A stretch of DNA of 64,000 nt from Escherichia coli. GTDB taxonomy: Bacteria > Pseudomonadota > Gammaproteobacteria > Enterobacterales > Enterobacteriaceae. Shown here in pieces: positions 31,540 to 42,186 of this stretch. The translations under genes were made by a program, and so were the position numbers. The stretch lies in NCBI RefSeq assembly GCF_041886205.1, contig NZ_CP169029.1. One strand, written 5' to 3'. The notes below the pieces were generated by a model that was given only the letters and a program-made list of their open reading frames with translations, had not been told where the DNA came from and made no database searches. The number at the start of each line of letters is the position of its first letter. The stretch's first letter is position 1.

Positions 31540-32937
31540 ATGCATCATCTTTCAAGGTTTGATAAAGCCTTTCTGCGCAAAGGGATCCAACTTTCCCGCG
31601 CCAACAATATTGTTTCATTATCTCGTCCATCAGGTGCCAGTGCCCGCGTACTGTTGCCGGACGAACTGCCACTGGAAGAAAAAGCAGTGACACAACTGCT
31701 TGATTTTGCAGAAGTGAAGCTACCAGACCATCCAGGTTATGTACGCCAGACGTGCGCGACGCCAGATTTTCACCCCGGCAATGGCGTCCCCGTTGGCGCG
31801 GTGGTGGCCTCAACGCCGGATTTAGTCATTCCCGCCGCCATCGGCACCGATATTTCTTGCGGCATGCGGCTGCTAACGACTGGATTAACACTTGAACAAG
31901 CCGAAGCGCATAAAGACGTCATCACTCAGCGGTTAACGCAAGTGCTACTGCAAAATGAGCGCGATGTTCCGTTATCCGCACAGGCGTTCACCGCGCTTTT
32001 TGATGGCGGACCGGCAGATTGCGTGTCGACCTTGCCATCAGCAGGTCTCTGGACACGCATGAATATCCCCCGAATGGTACAAGAGATTGACCGCTGCATT
32101 GGGCTTAACGAGCATAACAGTCACTCGCGTTATGCCCCACCCGCCCTGCTGGCAACGGACCGCGCATTACTCCGCGACCCTTGTCTGGGTACGCCGGGTT
32201 CAGGTAATCATTTTATTGAACTTCAGGTAGTTGATAGCGTGATCGATCGCCATGTAGCCTGGCAACAAGGGCTGAAAACGGGCGATATCGTGGTGATGAT
32301 CCACAGTGGATCGCGAGATGTTGGCTTTTACGTCGGAAGACGCTGGATGGATCGCGCCCGTGCTGAATGGCCCATCGGACATAAACATCCACAAAGCGGG
32401 TTATATGGTCTGGCAGGCGGACTGGCGGAGGAATATCTACAAGCGATGGGAATGGCGGCGCGTTACGCATGGTTAAATCGCGTGACCATTGCGGAAATGG
32501 TTCGCGTATGTTTTGCCGATTTATTTCATCAGGATGATTCACATCTGGTGGTGGATGTGCCGCATAACATCATCCTTCGCGAACATGAAATGAATATTCA
32601 TCGCAAAGGTGCAACACCGGCACACGCGGGCGCTCTGGCATTAATCCCCGGTTCAATGGGCGATTATACGTGGCTTGCGGTAGGTTGCGGCAACCCGGAG
32701 TGGTTGTGGTCATGCAGTCACGGAGCAGGACGCAGCCAGCGTCGGCAGGCCATGCGCTCACGCGCGACTGAAGAGTCAACGCTGCCGTGGCAATGCGTCA
32801 CATTGCGTGAAGAACGACGTCTTGAAGAAGCGCCAGCTGCTTATAAAGATATTGCTCCGGTTATCGAAGCCCAACAAGAAGCTGGATTGATTCAGCCTGC
32901 GGTCAGATTTCGACCGTGGTTAACGTTTAAGGGGTAA
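31540..32937 (+). CDS. RtcB-family RNA ligase paralogue with ~55 aa N-terminal extension
   Basis: 465 aa; RtcB motifs DFHPGNG, IPAAIGTDISCGMR, GSGNHFIELQ, HSGSRDVG, IPGSMGDY, SCSHGAGR, AYKDI line up with remembered E. coli RtcB. Confidence 0.85.
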   Translation: MHHLSRFDKAFLRKGIQLSRANNIVSLSRPSGASARVLLPDELPLEEKAVTQLLDFAEVKLPDHPGYVRQTCATPDFHPGNGVPVGAVVASTPDLVIPAAIGTDISCGMRLLTTGLTLEQAEAHKDVITQRLTQVLLQNERDVPLSAQAFTALFDGGPADCVSTLPSAGLWTRMNIPRMVQEIDRCIGLNEHNSHSRYAPPALLATDRALLRDPCLGTPGSGNHFIELQVVDSVIDRHVAWQQGLKTGDIVVMIHSGSRDVGFYVGRRWMDRARAEWPIGHKHPQSGLYGLAGGLAEEYLQAMGMAARYAWLNRVTIAEMVRVCFADLFHQDDSHLVVDVPHNIILREHEMNIHRKGATPAHAGALALIPGSMGDYTWLAVGCGNPEWLWSCSHGAGRSQRRQAMRSRATEESTLPWQCVTLREERRLEEAPAAYKDIAPVIEAQQEAGLIQPAVRFRPWLTFKG

Positions 32938-33029
32938 CTGAAATGATAAATGGCCTGCGGTTCTCACGCAGGTCAAATCTGGTATCTGCGTAAGCTAACA
33001 AACTTGTTTATCAACAATTTCAGGCCATC

Positions 33030-33058
33030 CGAAGATGGCCTGAAATTATTGCCCCCCT
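33030..33058. terminator. hairpin downstream of mngB (ttcaggccatc-cgaa-gatggcctgaa)
   Basis: Perfect 11-bp stem directly after the mngB stop, flanked by A/T tracts; it also lies just past the right end of the insertion. Confidence 0.55.
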
Positions 33059-33081
33059 TAGATACACTTTTAGCGCAATAA

Positions 33082-35715
33082 TCAGCCAAGGCGGTAGATA
33101 AATGTCCGTGACTGCCCCGGTAAAAATGCCCCCAGTTCCTTTAAATTATCTCTTTCCGCTGTGCTGATGCTTTCATCCATCATCGTTTGCGTACATGAAA
33201 TCACCTCACGACTGAACGCGACAGTTGCCTCACAGGTTGTCGATTCTGCCGGATTAAACAGTCGCAATACCACTTCTTGCCGGTCTTCCGCTTTTTTAAG
33301 AGCGCTAATCAGGCATCCCACAGGAGGCATTTTCAGCAAGCTATGGCTTTCCGGCACATTGAATCCGGCTTTATTTAACTTCATCGCATCCCATGGGATT
33401 TTGTTGTAACACTGTACTGGCGTCAGCCATGCACGCGCCTGCTGGGCTACACCGGCGGTCGCAGGCGTACCTGTATAACTAAATAAGCTCAGACGGCAGC
33501 TAAAGGAGCCACGTAATTGTGAATCGGGCACCGGCATTTTTATGCCTGAAGGACGTCCAGGCCTTAAGAGCAGATCTTCTTTGCCCAGTAAGCCCACGCC
33601 ACGCAGCAACGTAATGGCAAAGGTTTTCTTCTCTTCACCGATGACTTCGAATTCACGTAGCCCTTCGCTAAAGACAGCCAGACCGTTACGCCCTTCCTGT
33701 AAGGCAGCATAGTTGAGCATATTCCATACCGGAACAGGCGCTTCTTTCCAGCCTTCTTGTTGCCAGACATCCATCGCACTGTCGCTCACCGGGCGCGTTA
33801 GTGAACCAAACTGGGTATCGGCCAGAACACTGTCGGTGTTAAAAGGTGTAGGGACCAGGACGCGAAGGCGATGATCGTCAGCCTGGTTATCAAGGTTGAT
33901 ATCCACATCAATACGTCTGCTGTTATCACTCAGAGTGACAACCAACTCCACCCCTACTCTGCCAGTGGATTGCCGGGCGCTGCGTTCTGACAAATTGAGC
34001 GGCACTGCCATGTCATAGCGGATAACAGCCCTGCTCTGCCAGGCTTCATGAATAATATCGCATTGCGGTTTCGCGTTCGCCGCGGTAATTACCCACTCTT
34101 CTTTTGCGGGTGAATAGTCATATTCATCACCATCATCAGAGCTTTCTTCAATTTGCAACACCCGGTCATAGCGCACACCGCTATCTTTATCTACCAGTTG
34201 TAGCGTTCCATCCTCATTGAGCGCAATTTGCCAGAAAGCATTTTCCAGTATCCCTTCAGCGTTACTTTTTGCCGCAATCACGTTGCCAGGCTGATTCGCT
34301 TCGATATAAAGCGTGCGATAGCCCATAGAAGGGACAATCTGGTTGATCTGTATATCAAACTCCATAAAGGGATCGTAATTACCGTAATGAACGATTTGCC
34401 GATCGATTAGGCCAGGATCGATCTCACGGGCATGGCGAATAAAATACGGCACAGGATGACCGCGATCGTCCCGTAAATTAAACTGGCTGGCGCGCAGGCG
34501 CACAGTGGTGTTAATCACTTCTTCTCGCGGCCAGGGCATCAGGTTAAACAGGACGAGTTTGTCGGCGTCGCTCTGCGGCATGTTGTCGGCGATTTTACGC
34601 ATATAGAAACGAATCAGATTATCCGCCATGTCTTCAGCCAGTTCGAAGCGGGCGACGATTTCGCGATGAACTTTGTCACTGCAACAACAACCGATGCTGT
34701 CGTGGGCATGATTTTTTAAGATCTCTTTCCACATTTTCTCCAGCAAGCCGTGGTGGTATTCAAAACCCAACGTCCAGGCCAGCGTTGCCAGCGGTTCCAG
34801 CAGATTAACAATCTTATTTTCAATACGTGCGTGGGCAACTTTGATATCCATGCGCGTGGAACCGATGGTGCGATGTACGCGCATATATTTGCCATCAATA
34901 AATTCACCTTTCAGGGTCGCCAGACTTTCACGCTGCGCTTCAATCTGCTCGAATACCTCTTCAAAGCGGCTCATCACAAACTTTCGTTGAGGATAAATTT
35001 CGCGAAGTTTCTCCATCACTTCGAAGATATTTTGCTGCAATGGCATCTGGTCATGACCATTCGGCAGCAAAATCTCTTTGGTTACTGACGCTTTTTCCAG
35101 CACGTCAAAATAGCTGTCGAGGCGTTTACGTAATCCGTCTTCGTCCGCAGGTAAGTACTTACCGATGGCATAACCCAACGGCAGCACCTGCGCCGTCACT
35201 TCGCTACCGTCACTGCTTTGCCACAAAAACTCGGTTTTATCCGTACCGTGGCGCTCAGAACATCCGCGCCAGAACATGGTGCGGGTAATGCCAAATCCAT
35301 TGTAGATATGCGGCAGTTGCCCGGACATGCCAAAGGAATCCGGTAAATAACCTATTTTCATCGGCTCGCCAAACGCGAGGCAGTCACGCATTCCGTACAT
35401 CAGATTACGGACGATGGATTCCGCAGAAACAATCGTGGTATCGGTCTGGGTATACCAAGGGCCGATAATCAACTTGCCGGCTTCTACCAGTTTCTTCACG
35501 CGGTCTTTGTTTTCCGGTTTCACCGCGAAATAATCTTCGAGGATCGCCGTTTGCCCGTCGAGTACGTAATATTTGTATTCGTTGTCCTGTTCCAGTCGGC
35601 ACAGGATCTCTTCCATATTATTGACCAGCAGAATGCGTGACTCTTCGGTGGTGAAATACCACTCCCGATCCCAATGCATATGCGGGGTGATGTGAACGCG
35701 AGATACCGCTTTCAT
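33082..35715 (-). CDS. mngB: mannosylglycerate hydrolase (alpha-mannosidase, GH38)
   Basis: 877 aa; matches MngB. Confidence 0.9.
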   Translation of the reverse strand: MKAVSRVHITPHMHWDREWYFTTEESRILLVNNMEEILCRLEQDNEYKYYVLDGQTAILEDYFAVKPENKDRVKKLVEAGKLIIGPWYTQTDTTIVSAESIVRNLMYGMRDCLAFGEPMKIGYLPDSFGMSGQLPHIYNGFGITRTMFWRGCSERHGTDKTEFLWQSSDGSEVTAQVLPLGYAIGKYLPADEDGLRKRLDSYFDVLEKASVTKEILLPNGHDQMPLQQNIFEVMEKLREIYPQRKFVMSRFEEVFEQIEAQRESLATLKGEFIDGKYMRVHRTIGSTRMDIKVAHARIENKIVNLLEPLATLAWTLGFEYHHGLLEKMWKEILKNHAHDSIGCCCSDKVHREIVARFELAEDMADNLIRFYMRKIADNMPQSDADKLVLFNLMPWPREEVINTTVRLRASQFNLRDDRGHPVPYFIRHAREIDPGLIDRQIVHYGNYDPFMEFDIQINQIVPSMGYRTLYIEANQPGNVIAAKSNAEGILENAFWQIALNEDGTLQLVDKDSGVRYDRVLQIEESSDDGDEYDYSPAKEEWVITAANAKPQCDIIHEAWQSRAVIRYDMAVPLNLSERSARQSTGRVGVELVVTLSDNSRRIDVDINLDNQADDHRLRVLVPTPFNTDSVLADTQFGSLTRPVSDSAMDVWQQEGWKEAPVPVWNMLNYAALQEGRNGLAVFSEGLREFEVIGEEKKTFAITLLRGVGLLGKEDLLLRPGRPSGIKMPVPDSQLRGSFSCRLSLFSYTGTPATAGVAQQARAWLTPVQCYNKIPWDAMKLNKAGFNVPESHSLLKMPPVGCLISALKKAEDRQEVVLRLFNPAESTTCEATVAFSREVISCTQTMMDESISTAERDNLKELGAFLPGQSRTFIYRLG

Positions 35716-35732
35716 CGTCGTTTCCTTTTTGT

Positions 35733-37709
35733 TTATGGCATTACGCCATCAGTCAGATAGTTGCCATGCTTAACCGCGTGACGCCGCCAGATCAGGAGAA
35801 TTGCAGTCGAGATTGCAGCCCCCACCAATGCCGCACCAAACCAGCCAATTGCCGCCATAACACCGCCCGCGCCATTATCATGAAGTAAAAAGAGCGAGAA
35901 AATGCCGGCACCGGGTGTCGAAAGGCCGATATTCATCGCGCCGACGATAGCGCCCGTTACCATAGAGCCCAGCACAAACGAACCAATAACCCGCAGCGGA
36001 TCTTCAATCGCCATCGGGATAGCCCCTTCGGTAATACCTGCCAGCCCTAACAGCCAGGTGGATTTCCCGGTCTCAATTTCAAACTCTTTAAACAGGCGCG
36101 GTGCGAGCATCGTGGAAGCGGTTACGGTAAATGCCGAAACCATTTTGACGGAGGCGAAAATGGCATACGGGCCGTAGACGCCGTTCGCCATTGCGCCCAG
36201 GCAGAATGCATAAGCGGCTTTGTTCACTGGCCCTCCAAGGTCAAAGGAACACATAAAACCGAGAATGGCACCCAGCAACAGCGCGTTACTTCCTGACAGA
36301 CCGTTCAGCCAGGCGGTAAGCGAGTTATTGATCCAGGCGACAGGTTCCCCCACCACAAACAGCATCAGACTGCCCGCTCCCAATGTACCGAGCACCGGGT
36401 AGAGATAAAAAGTCAGGAAACCATTGAATTTACTGCTAAGACGCAAGTAATTTTTCACCCAGCGCATCAAGTAACCGGCTATCAATCCGCCAACGACCGC
36501 GCCGAGAAACCCGGAGCCGATCATGTTGGCGGCAAGTCCAGCCGCAAAGCCTGGCGCTAACGCCGGTTTATCTGCCAGTGAATAGGCGGTGTAGGCTGCC
36601 AGCACCGGTACCATCAAAATCCCGAGCATCCCGCCGCCCAGCTTGCGGTACATCCACAGCCAGGAGTTTTCTTCATTAAAGAGATCTTGTAGCCCGAAGA
36701 TTTGCGACAGTAATACCGCAACCGCCAGCACCGTGCCCCCCGCGACAATCAACGGCACGGCGAAAGAGATCCCGCTCAACAGTGCCTGTTTCAGCTCCGT
36801 TTTGACACTTTTCACCGGTTGCGTGTCTTGCTGTACGGTACGCGTCTCATCGCTACGCTTGAGGGTAAGCGCTTGTTGAATCAACGCTTCTGCATGGCGA
36901 ATCGGCTCGGCAACAGGCACTGAAAGCGCGGGAATGCCATTAAAACGCTCACTCTCCTTGATGGCGACTTCAGCCGCAAAAATACAGGCGGTTGCACTAT
37001 TGAGTTGATCCGCCGTTAAACGCCCTTCAATGCCGTTAGCGCCTTGTTTTTCAACGTAAACATTTACGCCGAGTTTGCGTCCGGCTTTTTCCAGATATTC
37101 CGCAGCCATATAGGTGTGAGCAATACCCGCCGGACAGGCCGTTACGCAGACGATAGTTGGCGCGTTGGAAAAAGAGGCAGAAGGTTGCGAGCCTCCCTTG
37201 TCATCCAGCGCCGAGAGCAATTCATCAGGCGTCGTCGCCGACTGTATACGCGCCCGAATCTCATCATCCGCAAGGCGCGTGGTCAGCGCTGTCAGCAGTT
37301 GCATATGCGTAGTACCCGCTTCATTGGGGGGAATCGCCAGCAACACCACTAAATCAACTGCTTCCGGGCCATCAACGCCTTCCCACTGAAGCGGCTCGCT
37401 GAGTGTGGCGACCGCAAACGCCGCTTCTTTTACCGCAGCAGTTTTGCCATGCGGCACAGCCAACCCTTCACCTAAGGCGGTCGGGCCAAGGCTTTCACGG
37501 CGATACACTTCTTCCAGAAATTGCTCAGTACTGGAAATTTTCCCCAGAGCAGCAAGACGTTGAGTCAACGCGTGGATGGCCTCTTCACGGCTGTTAAAGC
37601 GCGCATTCAGACACAACGCATCGCGGTGGGTCAGAGTCGTCAGATTCATAATGATCCTCACTTGATCGTTTTTATAGTCGCGCCAGTGTGCCCGATAAAA
37701 CAATACCAT
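35733..37709 (-). CDS. mngA: PTS 2-O-alpha-mannosyl-D-glycerate-specific EIIABC
   Basis: 658 aa fructose-family PTS permease with EIIA, EIIB and EIIC parts. Confidence 0.9.
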   Translation of the reverse strand: MVLFYRAHWRDYKNDQVRIIMNLTTLTHRDALCLNARFNSREEAIHALTQRLAALGKISSTEQFLEEVYRRESLGPTALGEGLAVPHGKTAAVKEAAFAVATLSEPLQWEGVDGPEAVDLVVLLAIPPNEAGTTHMQLLTALTTRLADDEIRARIQSATTPDELLSALDDKGGSQPSASFSNAPTIVCVTACPAGIAHTYMAAEYLEKAGRKLGVNVYVEKQGANGIEGRLTADQLNSATACIFAAEVAIKESERFNGIPALSVPVAEPIRHAEALIQQALTLKRSDETRTVQQDTQPVKSVKTELKQALLSGISFAVPLIVAGGTVLAVAVLLSQIFGLQDLFNEENSWLWMYRKLGGGMLGILMVPVLAAYTAYSLADKPALAPGFAAGLAANMIGSGFLGAVVGGLIAGYLMRWVKNYLRLSSKFNGFLTFYLYPVLGTLGAGSLMLFVVGEPVAWINNSLTAWLNGLSGSNALLLGAILGFMCSFDLGGPVNKAAYAFCLGAMANGVYGPYAIFASVKMVSAFTVTASTMLAPRLFKEFEIETGKSTWLLGLAGITEGAIPMAIEDPLRVIGSFVLGSMVTGAIVGAMNIGLSTPGAGIFSLFLLHDNGAGGVMAAIGWFGAALVGAAISTAILLIWRRHAVKHGNYLTDGVMP

Positions 37710-37817
37710 TATGTGATCAATTTCACTTGATTGAAATTATTTGTATTGTATTTGTATTATTTACAGGATGAATTTATCGGGCATAATGGCTAAATTCGTA
37801 TTAATGAGATACTAAAA

Positions 37818-38540
37818 ATGGGACACAAGCCCTTATACCGGCAGATTGCCGATCGCATTCGTGAGCAAATTGCGCGTGGGGAGCTTAAACCTGGCGATGC
37901 GTTACCCACTGAATCAGCACTACAAAGAGAGTTTGGCGTCAGCCGGGTTACGGTGCGTCAGGCTTTGCGCCAGTTAGTCGAGCAACAGATCCTCGAAAGC
38001 ATTCAGGGCAGCGGGACTTACGTCAAAGAAGAGCGGGTCAATTACGATATTTTTCAGTTAACCAGTTTTGATGAAAAACTGTCGGACCGTCACGTCGATA
38101 CACACAGTGAAGTCCTGATATTTGAAGTGATTCCGGCTGACGATTTTCTTCAGCAACAGCTACAAATCATCGCGCAGGATCGTGTGTGGCATGTGAAGCG
38201 CGTGCGCTATCGCAAGCAAAAGCCAATGGCGCTGGAAGAAACCTGGATGCCGCTTGCGTTGTTCCCGGATCTCACCTGGCAGGTCATGGAAAATTCGAAA
38301 TATCACTTTATTGAAGAAGTGAAGAAAATGGTTATCGATCGTAGCGAACAGGAAATCATTCCTCTGATGCCAACCGAAGAGATGAGCCGTCTGCTTAATA
38401 TCAGCCAGACTAAGCCGATTCTTGAAAAAGTATCGCGGGGATATTTAATTGATGGTCGGGTGTTTGAATATAGCCGCAACGCTTTTAATACCGATGACTA
38501 TAAATTTACCCTGATAGCGCAGCGAAAATCATCGCGATAA
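37818..38540 (+). CDS. mngR: GntR-family transcriptional repressor of mngAB
   Basis: 240 aa; GntR HTH with UTRA domain; divergent from mngA. Confidence 0.9.
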   Translation: MGHKPLYRQIADRIREQIARGELKPGDALPTESALQREFGVSRVTVRQALRQLVEQQILESIQGSGTYVKEERVNYDIFQLTSFDEKLSDRHVDTHSEVLIFEVIPADDFLQQQLQIIAQDRVWHVKRVRYRKQKPMALEETWMPLALFPDLTWQVMENSKYHFIEEVKKMVIDRSEQEIIPLMPTEEMSRLLNISQTKPILEKVSRGYLIDGRVFEYSRNAFNTDDYKFTLIAQRKSSR

Positions 38541-38543
38541 GCA

Positions 38544-38643
38544 CAAAAAAGGCCATCATACGATGGCCAACCATGTCGAAACCGACAGCCCTTCGCCATT
38601 CCTGTAGAGGGAAGCGGCGAGGGCTATTTCTTATTACAAGTAT
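38544..38643 (-). ncRNA. sdhX: 3'-UTR-derived sRNA SdhX (RybD) ending in bidirectional terminator hairpin (38551-38568)
   Basis: Region directly after the sucD stop on the minus strand ending in ggccatc-gtat-gatggcc plus U tract; placement from remembered literature, exact 5' end not determinable here. Confidence 0.5.
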
Positions 38644-39513
38644 TTATTTCAGAACAGTTTTCAGTGCTTCACCGATATCCGCCAGGCTGCGAACGGTTTT
38701 CACGCCTGCGGCTTCCAGAGCAGCGAATTTCTCATCCGCAGTCCCTTTACCACCGGCAATGATGGCACCCGCGTGGCCCATACGTTTGCCTTTCGGCGCA
38801 GTCACACCAGCGATGTAACCTACAACTGGCTTGGTAACGTGCTCTTTGATGTACGCAGCAGCTTCTTCTTCTGCGCTACCGCCGATCTCACCGATCATCA
38901 CGATCGCTTCGGTCTGCGGATCTTTTTCGAACATTTCGAGGATGTCGATGAAGTTAGCGCCAGGGATCGGGTCACCGCCGATACCGACACAGGTCGACTG
39001 ACCGAAACCGTAATCCGTGGTCTGTTTAACCGCTTCATAGGTCAGTGTACCGGAACGGGAAACGATACCCACTTTACCCGGTTTGTGAATGTGACCCGGC
39101 TGGATACCGATTTTGCATTCACCCGGAGTGATAACGCCCGGGCAGTTCGGGCCGATCATACGAACGCCGGCTTCGTCCAGTTTCACTTTCACAGTCAGCA
39201 TATCCAGCGTCGGGATGCCTTCAGTGATGGTGATAATCAGTTTGATGCCTGCATCAATAGCTTCCAGAATGGAGTCTTTGCAGAACGGTGCTGGTACGTA
39301 GATAACAGAAGCGGTAGCACCAGTAGCAGCAACAGCTTCACGCACGGTGTTGAACACCGGCAGGCCGAGGTGGGTAGTACCGCCTTTACCTGGGGTTACG
39401 CCGCCAACCATTTTAGTGCCGTATGCAATGGCCTGTTCTGAGTGGAAAGTCCCCTGGCTACCGGTAAAGCCCTGGCAGATAACCTTGGTGTTTTTATCAA
39501 TTAAAATGGACAT
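38644..39513 (-). CDS. sucD: succinyl-CoA synthetase alpha subunit
   Basis: 289 aa; matches SucD. Confidence 0.95.
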   Translation of the reverse strand: MSILIDKNTKVICQGFTGSQGTFHSEQAIAYGTKMVGGVTPGKGGTTHLGLPVFNTVREAVAATGATASVIYVPAPFCKDSILEAIDAGIKLIITITEGIPTLDMLTVKVKLDEAGVRMIGPNCPGVITPGECKIGIQPGHIHKPGKVGIVSRSGTLTYEAVKQTTDYGFGQSTCVGIGGDPIPGANFIDILEMFEKDPQTEAIVMIGEIGGSAEEEAAAYIKEHVTKPVVGYIAGVTAPKGKRMGHAGAIIAGGKGTADEKFAALEAAGVKTVRSLADIGEALKTVLK

Positions 39514-40679
39514 TATTTCCCCTCCACTGCGGCAACAACCTGCTGAGCTGCATCCGTCAGACCTTTTGCTGCAATAATATTCAGGCCGCTGTCAGCCAGT
39601 TTCTTCGCGCCGAGTTCGGCGTTGTTACCTTCCAGACGTACCACGACCGGTACGTTAACACCCACTTCCGCTACCGCGCCGATGATACCGTCAGCGATCA
39701 GGTCGCAACGAACGATACCGCCGAAGATGTTAACCAGAACGGCTTTCACTTTGTCGTCAGAGAGGATGATTTTGAACGCTTCGGTTACACGTTCTTTGGT
39801 TGCGCCGCCGCCAACGTCCAGGAAGTTAGCCGGTTCGCCGCCGTGCAGTTTAACGATGTCCATCGTACCCATCGCCAGACCTGCGCCGTTAACCATACAA
39901 CCGATGTTACCGTCCAGCGCAACGTAGTTCAGTTCCCACTGTGCAGCCTGTGCTTCACGCGGATCTTCCTGCGACTGGTCACGCATTTCGCGCAGATCAG
40001 GCTGGCGGAACAGTGCGTTGCCATCAGCGCCCAGTTTGCCGTCGAGGCAAATCAGATCGCCCTGTTTGGTGATGACCAGCGGGTTGATTTCGATCAGCGC
40101 CAGGTCGCGCTCCAGGAAAATGGTCGCCAGGCCCATGAAGATTTTGGTGAACTGCTGAACCAGTTTACCTTCCAGACCCAGTTTGAACGCCAGCTCGCGT
40201 CCCTGATACGGCATCGGGCCAGTCAGCGGATCAAGCGCAACTTTGTGGATCAGGTGCGGAGTTTCTTCCGCCACTTTTTCGATTTCCACGCCGCCTTCGG
40301 TGGAGGCCATAAAGACCACGCGACGTGAACTACGGTCTACAACGGCACCGAGATACAGCTCTTTAGCGATATCGGTCGCCGCTTCAACCAGAATCTGGTT
40401 AACCGGTTGGCCATTGGCATCTGTTTGATACGTTACCAGACGTTTGCCCAGCCAGTTTTCTGCAAAAGCACGGATGTCTTCTTTGCTGTTTACAACTTTC
40501 ACACCGCCCGCTTTACCGCGGCCACCAGCGTGAACCTGACATTTCACTACCCACGGACCGGCACCGATTTTTGAAGCGGCTTCTTCTGCTTCGCGCGGAG
40601 TAGTACAGGCATAACCCACCGGTGCTGGTAAGCCATAGCGGGCAAAAAGTTGTTTTGCCTGATATTCATGTAAGTTCAT
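39513..40679 (-). CDS. sucC: succinyl-CoA synthetase beta subunit
   Basis: 388 aa; matches SucC; stop overlaps sucD start. Confidence 0.95.
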
Positions 40680-40761
40680 GTGTTCTGTCCATCCTTCAGT
40701 AATCGTTATCTTTTAAACCGTAGACCGAATATTTCGTATCGCTTCCGGGTATTGTCGGTCA

Positions 40762-40935
40762 CCCGTAGGCCTGATAAGACGCGTTAAGCGTCGCATCAGG
40801 CATCGCTTGTCGGCTGCGGCGCGAGCGCCTTATCCGACCTACATTGGTGCTCCCCGTAGGCCTGATAAGACGCGTAAGCGTCGCATCAGGCTTCAATTGC
40901 CGGAGAAGGCGATAATGCCTTATCCGGTCTATAGT
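40762..40935. repeat. REP/BIME cluster between sucB and sucC
   Basis: Tandem inverted REP units (gtaggcctgataagacgcg...cgcatcaggc repeated). Confidence 0.75.
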
Positions 40936-40954
40936 GCAGGTGAATCTTAAACTA

Positions 40955-42172
40955 CTACACGTCCAGCAGCAGACGCGTCGGATCTTCCAGCAACTCTTTG
41001 ATCGTTACCAGGAAGCCCACGGATTCGCGACCATCGATCAGACGGTGATCGTAGGACAGCGCCAGGTACATCATCGGCAGGATCTCAACCTGACCATTCA
41101 CCGCCATCGGACGATCTTTGATAGCGTGCATACCCAGAATTGCGCTCTGCGGCGGGTTGATGATCGGCGTAGACATCAGGGAACCGAACACACCACCGTT
41201 GGTGATGGTGAAGTTACCACCGGTCAGATCTTCAACCGTCAGCTTGCCGTCACGGCCTTTAACTGCCAGCTCTTTGATTTTCTTCTCGATGTCTGCCATG
41301 CCGAGGGTATCGACATCACGCAGTACCGGCGTCACCAGGCCGCGCGGCGTAGAAACCGCCATGCTGACGTCGAAATAGTTGTGGTAAACCACGTCATCAC
41401 CGTCGATAGAAGCATTCACTTCCGGGTAACGTTTCAGGGCTTCAACCACCGCTTTCACGTAGAAGGACATAAAACCCAGACGGATGCCGTGGCGTTTTTC
41501 AAACGCTTCACCGTACTGCTTACGCAGATCCATAATCGGCTTCATGTTGACTTCGTTGAACGTGGTCAGCATGGCGGTGGAGTTTTTCGCTTCCAGCAGA
41601 CGCTCTGCCACACGCTTACGCAGGCGAGTCATCGGGACACGTTTTTCACTACGTGCAGCCAGAGCCGGTTGCGCCGCCGGAGCAGCCGCTGCCGGAGCAG
41701 ACTCTTTCGCCGGGGCTTTCGCCAGATGTTTTTCCACATCTTCACGAGTCAGACGACCACCCACACCGGTGCCTTTAATGGCGCTGGCGTCGAGATTGTG
41801 TTCAGCCAGCAGGCGACGGATCGCCGGGCTTAACGCATCGTTGTTTTGCTCTTCCAGAGACGCCTGCTGGCGTTGCGCCGGAGTGGACGCTTTCTCTTCA
41901 GATTTGGCGCTGGTTTCTTTACCGGCGCTGTTGCCTTCACGCAGGCGACCAAGGATCTGACGAGACGTTACCGTTGTACCTTCATCTTCCAGAACCGCAT
42001 CCAGAATGCCGTCTGCTGATGCCGGTACTTCCAGTACCACTTTGTCAGTTTCGATTTCTACCAGCACTTCATCACGTACGACTGCGTCGCCGGGTTTTTT
42101 ATGCCAGGTTGCGACGGTGGCATCGGCTACGGATTCAGGCAGGTCAGGGACCAGAATATCTACGCTACTCAT
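40955..42172 (-). CDS. sucB: 2-oxoglutarate dehydrogenase E2 (dihydrolipoyl succinyltransferase)
   Basis: 405 aa; lipoyl domain, Ala/Pro linker, catalytic domain. Confidence 0.95.
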
Positions 42173-42186
42173 TGTGTATCCTTTAT

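Noticed and set aside
17167-33081. Searched the island and its borders for integrase, transposase, IS inverted repeats, attachment-site direct repeats and CRISPR repeats
   Set aside because: None found by eye; the insertion cannot be called a mobile element, prophage or integron from this sequence alone.
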